Positions 29,540-39,053 of a DNA stretch of 64,000 bases are shown here, one piece after another; positions within the stretch are counted from its first letter, which is position 1; each line of letters begins with the position of its first letter. This stretch comes from a virus. The translations under genes were made by a program, and so were the position numbers. The DNA lies in IMG/VR virus record IMGVR_UViG_3300027967_000093, one strand, 5' to 3'. Below the pieces are notes generated by a model that was not told where the DNA came from, did not search any database, and saw nothing but the letters and a program-made list of their open reading frames with translations.

Positions 29540-32500
29540 GTGGCGGCATCTGATATACCATTAAAAAGTTATGGAGTTAACGGAGACCTTCAGGAGGTAA
29601 CCCCTTCTGAAGAGAACTACCTTGCATATCGTGCAGGACTTCATATATCGACAAGTCAGGGAACTGATGAGGGCGACCTGACTCTTACTAATAGTGGCCA
29701 TTCTGTCGGTCAATTCGTTGATACCTATTTTAATCAGGCGGATGGAACACACCCCGCAACTTCTATTACTTCTGGTTCAACAACCACTACATTATATCAA
29801 CGTGACGGAACTGCACCTTACAATGGTCTTGACTATCTAAGACCTATTGGATATAATACAAGTGGTGATGTGGGTTTCCACGAATTCACCGATTCTGATA
29901 TGGATACCTTATGTACTCGTCTGAATGCACGTATTGCAGTATCAGACTATCCTGGCACATACTACCTTGGTACCTCTGCACCTAGTGCGGATTATAGTGT
30001 GGACATTGCGGATGTCTATACCGACACCGTAGGTAACGGAACATCTACAACATATAACATCTATCAAAGAGACACAATGACTGCCCCCACGACTGTTCGT
30101 CCGATAGGGATTAAGTACAGTGGTGGTTCTTATGATGGATTGATTGAGTTAAATGATGCCCAGATAAACTATACACTTGGACAACACTGTAGAACTTTAC
30201 GTGGTAAAGATGGTGCGATTGGTTCGTACCAACTAAGAAGTTCTGCACAGGGTGTTCCGGTATCGCCAGGCACATGGGCTTCGAAGGGTACTGCGACCAA
30301 TACCAAAAGGACTACGTCTGAGGTTGCATACACCAGAACGCGTTCATCTTCTTATACAAGAGACCGTTCTTCTACATATGCAAGAACCCGAAATTCAATA
30401 TACACCAGAAATAGTACCGCAGTTTTTGCAGGTGACTTTGTTGGCAATTACGTTGGTGATTATACAAGAGATTTTGCGGGTAACTATGCAAGAGACTTTG
30501 CAGGTAATTATGCAGGGGAATACGTAGGAAATTATTCACGTACAAGAACATCTGCATTTACTCGTAATAGTACAGACACCTTTACTCGCGATTTTACCGG
30601 AAACTATGCACGTACTCGTGTGTCGACCTATACTCGAGATAGTCTGAATATCTTCACTGGTAACTTTATCGGGAACTACACTCGCACCAGAATAAGTGCA
30701 TATTCTCGTAACAGTACTCGAAATAGAATAAGTGCATATTCACGTACAAGAACATCAACATACACCACAGTGTTTTCCGGCAACTATATCGGAAACTTTA
30801 TTGGTGATTATACACGTACCCGAGTTTCCAACTATGCAGGAACATATACAAGAACACGTAACTCAGCCTATACTCGCACACGCGTGTCTGCATATACACG
30901 CGACCGTGTAACTGATTTCACCGGAGATTATATCGGTGATTATGCAAGAACTCGTGTATCTGCGTACAGCCGAACCAGTACCCGTACCAGAACTTCTGCA
31001 TACAGTAGAACTAGATCCTCCACATATACACGTGACCGTACATCAACCTTCACGGGTGACTTCGTTGGTAATTACTCACGGAACCGAAATTCTGCATATA
31101 CCAGAACTCGTGTATCAAATTATGCGGGGGACTTCACTGGCAATTATTCGCGTACTCGTGTATCCGCATATACTAGAGACAGAGTAACAAACTTTACCGG
31201 AGACTTCATTGGTAACTATACCCGTGGTCGCATCTCTACATATACACGTGACAGATTACAGACTTTTACTGGTGACTTTGTTGGAAACTATTCGCGCACC
31301 TTTATTGGCGATTATTCACGTACCTTTATCGGAAACTATTCTCGTGCGTTCGCTGGTGACTATGTCGGAAACTATGCACGGACTCGCGTAACAGATTCAA
31401 CTAGAACTCGAAACTCAAACTATACACGCGCATCAACAAGAAACCGTTCCTCTGCATATTCGCGTGACCGTGTTACTGATTTTGCAGGTAACTTTGTTGG
31501 GAACTACACTCGTGATTTTGTCGGTAACTTTGTCGGTAATTATTCTCGTGGATTTGCAGGTGAATATACTGGTAACTATGCAAGGTCATTCTTAGGCAAT
31601 TACACCGGAAACTACACAAGAGGATTCCTTGGTAATTATGTCGGTGATTTCGTAGGCAATTATGCTCGTGGGTATGGCGGTAACTTTACTGGAAACTATG
31701 CTCGTGGATTTGTGGGTAACTATGGAAGAACACGAAACTCAGCATATACCCGAGATAGTACTCGTACATCTACCCGTGTTCTGAACTATCAAAGAATTTC
31801 GACTCGAACTTCGACTCGTGTATTTGACTACACTAGAATCAGTACAAGGACTTCGACTCTTACATTGTCATATAGTCGTGTAGTTTCATACAGTGGTGAC
31901 TTTACGGGTAACTATACCCGCACCCGCACGGCAGTAGGTGACTATACGCGAACCCGCACCGCAACTGGTACCTATACTCGTACTCGTACTGCGACCGGAG
32001 ATTATACTCGTGCACGTGCCGAAGGTGTAACATATACCGGAAACTACACCAGAACATTGTACTATGCAGGTGACTTTACTGGTAATTACACTCGTACCTT
32101 GTACTATGTTGGTAACTTTACGCCTACTGCCGACTACACTCGAGTTAGCACTGCAATTGCGTACTATACAGGGAACTACACACGTACCGGATACTATGTC
32201 AGATACAGTATTTCTGGTGGGACGTATGTCGGAAACTATACTCGTGTTTTGTTATTCGCAAGAAGTCCACCGTCTGATCCATATGCGATTGAATATTACA
32301 CAAAAACATCCGCATATACTCGTACTCGTTCTGGAACAACAAGTTACATAGGTAACTATACTCGTACACTTGATTACACGAGAGTTCGAACCCCGACATT
32401 ATACTACTTAGGTAACTATGTTGGTGCATCTGATGGTACCGCAGAATATACTCGTTCACGCGCAGGTGGTACAGTCGAAGGCCAAACGATTTACTATGTC

Positions 32501-34387
32501 GGTAACTATTCACGTGTCTTGCCGGCCTCCACTCGTACTAGTACTGCGACCGGAGATTATACTAGGGTTTCTACTCGTACTAGTACTGCGACCGGAACTT
32601 ATACTCGTGCACGTGCGTCTACGTTATATTACACAGGCAACTATACTCGTACATTATATTACGTAGGCGACTACACTCGCACATTGTATTATGTTGGTAA
32701 CTATACTCGTACACTGTATTACGTAGGTGACTATACGCGCAACTCTACTCGTGTTTCTACGGCAACAGTGTATTATACCCGTACCGGATACTATGCAGGT
32801 GACTTTACTGGTAACTATACTAGATTAGGTTATTATGCAGGAGAATTTGTCGGTGATTATACACGTACCGGATACTATGCAGGAAACTTCATAGGTGATT
32901 ATTCTCGTGCGTTCGCTGGTAATTACTCAAGAACTCGTAACTCGGCATACGCACGTATATCAACACGTACTCGTTATTCTGCATATGCTCGTACTCGTAT
33001 TACTGACTCTACAAGGACTAGAGTATCTGCTTACGCTGCGGACTACACTCGCAGCCGTTCTTCTGCATATACTAGAGTATCAAGTAGAACAAGATTTTCT
33101 GCGTACACTCGTGACAGATTACAGACCTTTACTGGTAACTTTACACGTGACCGAGTGACAAACTATGCGGGTAACTTTATTGGAAACTATGCACGTACCT
33201 TTGTAGGGAACTATACCGGAGATTACACTCGAGATTTCGCAGGAAATTATGTCGGGGATTTCATTGGAGAATACGCACGTACATCAACACGTACTCGTTT
33301 CTCTGCGTACACCCGTGACCGTATTTCTACTTACTCAAGGAATCGTGTGTCTGCATACGCTAGAACTCGTATAACCGATTATATTGCAAACTATGTGGGT
33401 AACTACTCAAGAACATTTACTGGTAACTATACTCGTAATAGTACCGCAGTTTTTGCAGGTAACTTTGTAGGTAATTACTCACGTGACTTTGCAGGTGAAT
33501 ACACTAGAGTATCAACCAGAACTTCTACTCGTGACTTTGTGGGTGACTATACTCGTGACTTCACTGGTAACTATGCAAGAACTCGTATAACCGATTATAT
33601 TGCAAACTATGTTGGTAATTATTCTCGCAACTTTGCAGGAAACTATACCAGAGACTTTGGTGGAAATTATGTGGGTGATTATACCCGAGACTTTGCAGGT
33701 GAATACACTCGCAACAGTACAGTAGATTTCGCAGGTAATTTCGTAGGTAATTACAGTAGAAACTTTGCAGGTAACTACGCCAGAGACTTTGCCGGTAATT
33801 ATGTTGGCGATTACACCCGAGACTTTGCAGGTGAATATTCAAGAGACCGACAAACCGACTTTATTGGAGAGTACACTGGTAACTTCGCAAGAGACTTTGC
33901 GGGTAACTATACCAGAACTTTCGTAGGTGATTTTACTGGCAACTATACTCGTGGATTCCTTGGTGAATATACGCGTGACTCTCTGCAAGACTTTACTGGT
34001 AACTTTGTTGGGAACTACTCACGTGACTTTGCAGGAGAATATACAAGGGTTCGTGTATCCAACTATGTTGGGGACTTCACTGGTAACTACAGCCGAGACT
34101 TCATTGGTGAGTATACACGAACGTCTACTCGTACTTCTACTAGAACTCGTGTATCAACATTTAGTAGAACTAGAACTTCTGCGTATTCTGCGGACTATAC
34201 ACGTAATCGCGTAACTGATTTCACCGGAGACTTCTCAGGAAATTATTCTCGCAACTTTGCAGGTAATTATTCTAGGTCGTTTATCGGCAATTATTCTCGT
34301 GACTTTGTAGGGAACTATGTTGGTACCACACTAGACTCGGGAACTGAGGTTATTGAAACCTATACACTTTATGTAAGAACTGCATAA
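29540..34387 (+). CDS. Giant tetrapeptide-repeat fibre protein B (1615 aa), paralogue of A
   Basis: Shares PLK...G.LQ..T.SE.NY.AY.AGL, RIA.SDYPG and GSY.LR.S.QG.P..GTW with A. Same C-terminal ETYTLYVRTA. GTG start with an AAGAGAG RBS. Confidence 0.85.
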   Translation: MAASDIPLKSYGVNGDLQEVTPSEENYLAYRAGLHISTSQGTDEGDLTLTNSGHSVGQFVDTYFNQADGTHPATSITSGSTTTTLYQRDGTAPYNGLDYLRPIGYNTSGDVGFHEFTDSDMDTLCTRLNARIAVSDYPGTYYLGTSAPSADYSVDIADVYTDTVGNGTSTTYNIYQRDTMTAPTTVRPIGIKYSGGSYDGLIELNDAQINYTLGQHCRTLRGKDGAIGSYQLRSSAQGVPVSPGTWASKGTATNTKRTTSEVAYTRTRSSSYTRDRSSTYARTRNSIYTRNSTAVFAGDFVGNYVGDYTRDFAGNYARDFAGNYAGEYVGNYSRTRTSAFTRNSTDTFTRDFTGNYARTRVSTYTRDSLNIFTGNFIGNYTRTRISAYSRNSTRNRISAYSRTRTSTYTTVFSGNYIGNFIGDYTRTRVSNYAGTYTRTRNSAYTRTRVSAYTRDRVTDFTGDYIGDYARTRVSAYSRTSTRTRTSAYSRTRSSTYTRDRTSTFTGDFVGNYSRNRNSAYTRTRVSNYAGDFTGNYSRTRVSAYTRDRVTNFTGDFIGNYTRGRISTYTRDRLQTFTGDFVGNYSRTFIGDYSRTFIGNYSRAFAGDYVGNYARTRVTDSTRTRNSNYTRASTRNRSSAYSRDRVTDFAGNFVGNYTRDFVGNFVGNYSRGFAGEYTGNYARSFLGNYTGNYTRGFLGNYVGDFVGNYARGYGGNFTGNYARGFVGNYGRTRNSAYTRDSTRTSTRVLNYQRISTRTSTRVFDYTRISTRTSTLTLSYSRVVSYSGDFTGNYTRTRTAVGDYTRTRTATGTYTRTRTATGDYTRARAEGVTYTGNYTRTLYYAGDFTGNYTRTLYYVGNFTPTADYTRVSTAIAYYTGNYTRTGYYVRYSISGGTYVGNYTRVLLFARSPPSDPYAIEYYTKTSAYTRTRSGTTSYIGNYTRTLDYTRVRTPTLYYLGNYVGASDGTAEYTRSRAGGTVEGQTIYYVGNYSRVLPASTRTSTATGDYTRVSTRTSTATGTYTRARASTLYYTGNYTRTLYYVGDYTRTLYYVGNYTRTLYYVGDYTRNSTRVSTATVYYTRTGYYAGDFTGNYTRLGYYAGEFVGDYTRTGYYAGNFIGDYSRAFAGNYSRTRNSAYARISTRTRYSAYARTRITDSTRTRVSAYAADYTRSRSSAYTRVSSRTRFSAYTRDRLQTFTGNFTRDRVTNYAGNFIGNYARTFVGNYTGDYTRDFAGNYVGDFIGEYARTSTRTRFSAYTRDRISTYSRNRVSAYARTRITDYIANYVGNYSRTFTGNYTRNSTAVFAGNFVGNYSRDFAGEYTRVSTRTSTRDFVGDYTRDFTGNYARTRITDYIANYVGNYSRNFAGNYTRDFGGNYVGDYTRDFAGEYTRNSTVDFAGNFVGNYSRNFAGNYARDFAGNYVGDYTRDFAGEYSRDRQTDFIGEYTGNFARDFAGNYTRTFVGDFTGNYTRGFLGEYTRDSLQDFTGNFVGNYSRDFAGEYTRVRVSNYVGDFTGNYSRDFIGEYTRTSTRTSTRTRVSTFSRTRTSAYSADYTRNRVTDFTGDFSGNYSRNFAGNYSRSFIGNYSRDFVGNYVGTTLDSGTEVIETYTLYVRTA
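30326..31777 (+). repeat. Fibre B arm 1: 121 in-phase tetrapeptide units
   Basis: AYTR TRSS SYTR DRSS ... DSTR TSTR. Confidence 0.9.
32873..34324 (+). repeat. Fibre B arm 2: 121 tetrapeptide units complementary (antiparallel) to arm 1
   Basis: YYAG NFIG DYSR AFAG ... DFVG NYVG. Confidence 0.9.
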
Positions 34388-34393
34388 AAACCC

Positions 34394-34422
34394 TTGACAA
34401 CAAGGGTGATATATAGTATTAT
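34394..34422 (+). promoter_or_regulatory. Sigma70-type promoter TTGACA-17-TATTAT; the -35 lies inside the hairpin CCCTTG-ACAA-CAAGGG (34391-34406)
   Basis: Consensus -35, 17-nt spacer, 5/6 match at -10. AGGAG RBS before ATG 34453. Confidence 0.7.
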
Positions 34423-34452
34423 AAAATTTAATATATCATAGGAGAATGATGA

Positions 34453-34917
34453 ATGAGTTTTAAACGATGGATGGATAATGCATTTTGGGAAAATCCTGAG
34501 AAATCCAAAGTCAATTGTATCCTTGAGATGGAAGATGATATTGGTCGTCAAACCAAACAAGTGATGTTATTGAGTCGTCTTAATAAAGACGGTAGTGAAA
34601 ATGAAATGTTCGCTGAAGTTGTGGGTGCACTAGGTGAAGAATCTATTGACCGAAATACCGAAGACCGTAAAGTTCGGAAAGCTGCAGAAATCGAAGAACG
34701 TAAACAACGTGACACCGAACATGCACGTGCACGTAAACTCGAAGAACTTTTTAACTACAAACTAGAAGTCTTTGAGACAGAAGAGATTAAAAATTCCAAG
34801 AACCGGAAGTTAAAGGCAAAACTTAGACGCGCAAAATCTAAAGTTGAAGTTAACCTATATGCAATGATGTTGTTACAAGAAGCACTTGAGGCGAATGAGA
34901 ATGTCGGAGAAGAGTAG
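34453..34917 (+). CDS. Hypothetical protein (charged helical C-terminus)
   Basis: 154-aa ORF with an RBS. No recognised motif. Confidence 0.75.
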   Translation: MSFKRWMDNAFWENPEKSKVNCILEMEDDIGRQTKQVMLLSRLNKDGSENEMFAEVVGALGEESIDRNTEDRKVRKAAEIEERKQRDTEHARARKLEELFNYKLEVFETEEIKNSKNRKLKAKLRRAKSKVEVNLYAMMLLQEALEANENVGEE

Positions 34918-35635
34918 AGGTTATGTACTTGTTGCATCTAACAAGATAAACTTCTATCGATATGCAATTAACCTTGCAGAGTCGATTCTAGATTATTATG
35001 AAGACGCAAAGATTACATTGTTTTGTGAACCATGGATGTTCGAGGAACAACACCGAGAACTATTTGATAATGTCGAATGGTGCAGTAGTCACTATCGTGC
35101 TAAACTCGAAGGTATGGCTCGTTCTCCTTATGACCTGACTATGTACCTCGATGTTGATATGGAATGTGAACACGAAGACATTGCGATATGTTTCGATGAA
35201 CTGGAGAGACGCGAAGAGGATATTCTATTCTCTGAACTCACAGATGACCGCGAGTATGTCTATGCAGAACGTCAGTTTGATACACCTGAAGGTAAGACTA
35301 AATTTACCTTGTGTGGGGGTGTCGCTCTATACGACATGACTAAACCTATCGTAAGAGAGTTTATGTCTGACTGGGAGATGCTCACTAAAGACCAAATGGA
35401 TGGTAATTGGTGGCCTGACGGATACATCGATAGTCTCAAGTCATGGGATCAGTTTAGTCTCTGGTGGTTGACTGAAAGAGAAGATAAATACAAAGACCTC
35501 AAGTACGGTATACTTGAAGACGATTTGCGTTGGAACTATTATAACGCATTCAACTGGGCAATCACCAAACCGACTGGCCCTGTTGTTATTCGACACTACT
35601 CTTGTGGTTTAGATAAAGACGGATATATCATATGA
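34901..35635 (+). CDS. GT-A fold glycosyltransferase / nucleotide-diphospho-sugar transferase
   Basis: SPYDLTMYLDVD (DxD), GGVALY, WDQFSLW, RWNY and VIRHY motifs. The likely start is ATG 34901. Confidence 0.8.
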   Translation: MSEKSRGYVLVASNKINFYRYAINLAESILDYYEDAKITLFCEPWMFEEQHRELFDNVEWCSSHYRAKLEGMARSPYDLTMYLDVDMECEHEDIAICFDELERREEDILFSELTDDREYVYAERQFDTPEGKTKFTLCGGVALYDMTKPIVREFMSDWEMLTKDQMDGNWWPDGYIDSLKSWDQFSLWWLTEREDKYKDLKYGILEDDLRWNYYNAFNWAITKPTGPVVIRHYSCGLDKDGYII

Positions 35636-36327
35636 GTTATATGCAGGACATCCCTGTTAAGAATAGGGACTTATTAAAAATATTGAATCGATATCGAGAC
35701 TTCTTGATGAAGGATGTCGATTCTTTCAAAGAGACATTTCACCTACAATGTCAAGAAGATGCAAGTAATAGACATTACTGGGCAGGTGACACTCACCTAC
35801 AAGAAATTCTTGACCAAGGTACTCGACACGAAGGGTTTCCGGATTCTATCTACGGGTACGAACTTGGAGTGCATAGAAAAGACCACGAGTTTTATGAACG
35901 TGGTGTGCATCCATCTATCCGCAAAGACAGGACTGCGGAACTTGCGTGGATGCAACAAGAGATTCTTGGATGGTTGGGAGTAAGACACAATGCACTTACC
36001 GCATTCTATCCACCTGGCGGTTATATCTCTTGGCACAATAATGCGAACGCCCCCGCATACAATCTAATATTCTCATGGTCAGAGACTGGAGACGGTCAAT
36101 TTAATTATGTTGACCCTACCACCAAAGAAGTCGTGGAGATGAAGGATAAACAAGGTTGGAACTGTAAAGCCGCATACTTTGGACATTATGAAGAACCCGA
36201 ACGACTATTCTACCACTCAGCAAAAACTGACTGTTGGAGAGTGACGGTATCATTCATTTTCGATACCTCGGAATTGTCCTCGGTTATCAGAGATGATTTA
36301 ATCGAAGATATAATGTCTGAAGAGTAA
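35632..36327 (+). CDS. 2OG-Fe(II) oxygenase-like (double-stranded beta-helix) protein, copy 1
   Basis: YPPGGYISWHNN ... FYHSA.TDCWRVTVSF, i.e. H-x-N...H...R. Confidence 0.65.
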   Translation: MSYMQDIPVKNRDLLKILNRYRDFLMKDVDSFKETFHLQCQEDASNRHYWAGDTHLQEILDQGTRHEGFPDSIYGYELGVHRKDHEFYERGVHPSIRKDRTAELAWMQQEILGWLGVRHNALTAFYPPGGYISWHNNANAPAYNLIFSWSETGDGQFNYVDPTTKEVVEMKDKQGWNCKAAYFGHYEEPERLFYHSAKTDCWRVTVSFIFDTSELSSVIRDDLIEDIMSEE

Positions 36328-36355
36328 TTTTCTGTATTTTCCAGTTTCGAAATCA

Positions 36356-36363
36356 TATAAATA
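36356..36363 (+). promoter_or_regulatory. Late promoter TATAAATA
   Basis: Exact consensus 38 nt upstream of ATG 36402. Confidence 0.8.
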
Positions 36364-36401
36364 AAACCATAGACACTACATTGGTTTGATGGAAACTGGA
36401 A

Positions 36402-36761
36402 ATGGCAGATTACGAAGATTTTACAATTGACCAAGGCGCAGATGTTGCAATCGAATTGCACCTTCAGGAAACTGATGGTTCTAAAAAAGATTTGACAGCA
36501 CACTCTGCGTCTGCGAAAATGAAAAGAAGTTACAACTCAGTTGACGATAACGATATCGTAACTTTCACTACTGCAATAACAGATCCTCCCGAAGACGGTA
36601 TTCTTGTACTCGCTCTCACCAATGCTGAAACCGATTTACTGAACCCTAGAAACCGATATGTCTATGACGTAGAACTGTCATTTGATGACAGTGATGGAAA
36701 TACAATCATCGAAAGAATACTGGAAGGTAAGATTAAAGTCACACCTTCGGTAACAAGGTAA
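36402..36761 (+). CDS. Conserved small virion protein (Ig-like fibre anchor)
   Basis: IDQGAD, YVYDVEL and RILEG.I.VTPSVTR motifs. Under a late promoter. Confidence 0.7.
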   Translation: MADYEDFTIDQGADVAIELHLQETDGSKKDLTAHSASAKMKRSYNSVDDNDIVTFTTAITDPPEDGILVLALTNAETDLLNPRNRYVYDVELSFDDSDGNTIIERILEGKIKVTPSVTR

Positions 36762-36765
36762 TCTA

Positions 36766-36990
36766 ATGGCAGTCACGGTATCCCTCAGAGGAAAAACGAA
36801 AGTAAAACGCGTTGTTGTTGGTAAACCAATAAGACGTATCAACACTACACAAGGTAATATCAACAATCTTGCAGGAGTGGATACTTCAGGAGTAACTGAT
36901 GGTGCTATTTTAGTTTATAACGAATCCACAGAAAATTTCGAAGCGACACCCACATTAAACAATCAAGAAGTTAACGGAGGCCAATACTAA
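36766..36990 (+). CDS. Small virion/fibre-associated protein
   Basis: L..VD......GAILVYN.....F motif. Ends NGGQY. Confidence 0.65.
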   Translation: MAVTVSLRGKTKVKRVVVGKPIRRINTTQGNINNLAGVDTSGVTDGAILVYNESTENFEATPTLNNQEVNGGQY

Positions 36991-38993
36991 TGGCATCATT
37001 ATTAAGAATAAAAAGATCGGGAACTGCGGGAGACCCGACCACACTTGGTCAAGGTGAATTAGCATATTCATACTTAACCGATAATGGTTCCAATGGTGGT
37101 GACCGATTATATATTGGTACTGGTACTGAAATCGCAGGTAATGCAGTTAATCACGAAGTCATTGGTGGTAAATTCTTCACCAGTATGTTAGACCATGCGA
37201 AAGGTACACTGACCCCGAACAGTGCACTTATCGTAGACGCTAGTAGTAAAATTGATACTATTAATGTTGGTAGTAGCAACTTCATCACACTTTCAGATGG
37301 CACAATTACCTCTGTTAGTGGATTGACCTTTGACACCAACGGTAACGAAATTGACTTTGGTAATGTGGGACTTCATGGTGTCGCAACTCCTACTCACGAT
37401 TCTGATGCTGCGAACAAGGCATATGTTGATGCACTTGCCGCAGAATTCCTCGCAACCGCAGCTGCGGATAATGGTTCGTTTACCTTTATTCCTTCGATAG
37501 AGTTTATCACTTATGCCGGTGGTAATGCGATTACTACCATTGCAGACAGTGGTACCAATACAATCACCTTTGACTTAGATGTCACAGGTGTGACCGCAGG
37601 AACATACGGTTCACAAACCGCAATCCCATCATTCACGGTTGACTCTGATGGTCGATTGACTGCTGCGTCCGAAGTTAGTGTTGCAACCAACCTGACTATT
37701 AACAGTGACCCAATCAGTCTCCTAGATTCAGATGTAACCTTTACCGCAACAGGTAATGGTTTAACTCTTACTTACACCAGTTCTACTAACACGATTGATT
37801 ATGCAATCGATGATGCGACCACTTCTTCGAAGGGTGTTGCACAATTCCTTAGTGCAGACTTTGGTGTATCTTCGGGTGAAGTATCCCTGAATGATGCGGT
37901 ACTAAAAGGTATCAGCACTGATTCTGGTGATGTAACTCCGGTAACCCATGCATTAACTATCGGTGGTAACTCAGTACAGGGTATCGTCACAGAAGGAACT
38001 GGTTCGACTATAACTGTCGATGCATTGAATGCAACTTACACCCAACGTGGTGTTGCCAAATTCCAGTCTGCGGACTTCACACTTAACTCGGGTGATGTAA
38101 GTCTTGATTCTGCGGTAGTTAAACAAATCACTACCGATGACGGTAATGTTCCTATCACTGGTCACATGATATCTATCCTTGGTGGAGAAGGTATCAATGT
38201 AAACCATGCAGGTACTAACATCTCGGTATCTGGTGAAGATGCAGACGGTAACAACAAAGGTATTGCGTCTTTCGAAGACACTGACTTCACAATCTCGAAT
38301 GGTCATGTAAGTCTGAAGGCTGGGTCTGTTGCAAATGCTGACCTCGTCAATGATGATATAACTATTGGCGATAATGCGGTTGCACTTGGTGCGACTGTTA
38401 CTGACCTTACCGGACTTACTGGTGCGACTGTAGATAACATCCGTATTGACGGTAATAAGATATCTACTAATACTGCAACTAATGTACTTGTACTTGACCC
38501 TAAGAGTGGAGACTCAAACGGTGGACAGGTTCTTGTACTGGGTGACCTTGTTGTACAGGGTACTCAAACAATCATTAACTCGACCACTATGTCGATTAAT
38601 GACCTTAATCTTGTCCTTGCAGATAGTGCCGCAGATGCGACTGCTGCGAATGGTGCAGGTATTACGGTCAATGGTGCGGCTGCGACAATTACATACTCTG
38701 TTGCAGGAGACAAGTGGAACACCAATAAAGACTTAGATGTTGGTGGTGAGATTTACCGTAATGGCGTGGTTCTTAGTGAATATATCGAAGACCACCTTGG
38801 TAACAGTTTCTTTGCCGCAGGTGAAGGACTTGATATCACATACGGTTCTTCACAGGACAGTGATAACACTATTGTATTCGCTGCCGAGATTGCAAGTTAT
38901 TCCAACAAAGGTGTTGCGTCTTTTGATTCAGACCAATTCACCGTGACATCTGGGTTCGCGACTATCTCGACCCTTGATGGCGGAACATACTAA
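36990..38993 (+). CDS. Tail/whisker fibre with an Mtd_N-like N-terminus
   Basis: RIKRS....P..L.QGELAY N-terminus, DAANKAYVD, four A....[KR]G[VI]A.F repeats, ends DGGTY. Confidence 0.8.
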   Translation: MASLLRIKRSGTAGDPTTLGQGELAYSYLTDNGSNGGDRLYIGTGTEIAGNAVNHEVIGGKFFTSMLDHAKGTLTPNSALIVDASSKIDTINVGSSNFITLSDGTITSVSGLTFDTNGNEIDFGNVGLHGVATPTHDSDAANKAYVDALAAEFLATAAADNGSFTFIPSIEFITYAGGNAITTIADSGTNTITFDLDVTGVTAGTYGSQTAIPSFTVDSDGRLTAASEVSVATNLTINSDPISLLDSDVTFTATGNGLTLTYTSSTNTIDYAIDDATTSSKGVAQFLSADFGVSSGEVSLNDAVLKGISTDSGDVTPVTHALTIGGNSVQGIVTEGTGSTITVDALNATYTQRGVAKFQSADFTLNSGDVSLDSAVVKQITTDDGNVPITGHMISILGGEGINVNHAGTNISVSGEDADGNNKGIASFEDTDFTISNGHVSLKAGSVANADLVNDDITIGDNAVALGATVTDLTGLTGATVDNIRIDGNKISTNTATNVLVLDPKSGDSNGGQVLVLGDLVVQGTQTIINSTTMSINDLNLVLADSAADATAANGAGITVNGAAATITYSVAGDKWNTNKDLDVGGEIYRNGVVLSEYIEDHLGNSFFAAGEGLDITYGSSQDSDNTIVFAAEIASYSNKGVASFDSDQFTVTSGFATISTLDGGTY

Positions 38994-39006
38994 ATAATAA
39001 AACATC

Positions 39007-39026
39007 ACCCCCTTCTTTAAGGGGGT
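39007..39026 (+). terminator. Intergenic stem-loop ACCCCCTT-CTTT-AAGGGGGT
   Basis: Perfect 8-bp stem, but only a weak U-tract. Confidence 0.55.
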
Positions 39027-39053
39027 TATCCAATATTGGAACGAGGTTGACAA

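Noticed and set aside
27456-34324. DNA-level inverted repeat or cruciform as the cause of the arm symmetry
   Set aside because: Paired units are not reverse complements in DNA (for example CGT-GTA-TCT versus TTT-GCA-GGT), and synonymous codons vary freely. The symmetry exists only at the amino-acid level.
27456-34324. CRISPR array or non-coding tandem repeat
   Set aside because: The repeats are degenerate 12-nt coding units inside long ORFs. There is no constant repeat with unique spacers and no cas genes.
26628-34387. Diversity-generating retroelement (template/variable repeat pair)
   Set aside because: No reverse transcriptase in the window, and no long near-identical repeat differing only at adenines. 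The shared 3' end is only 19 nt.
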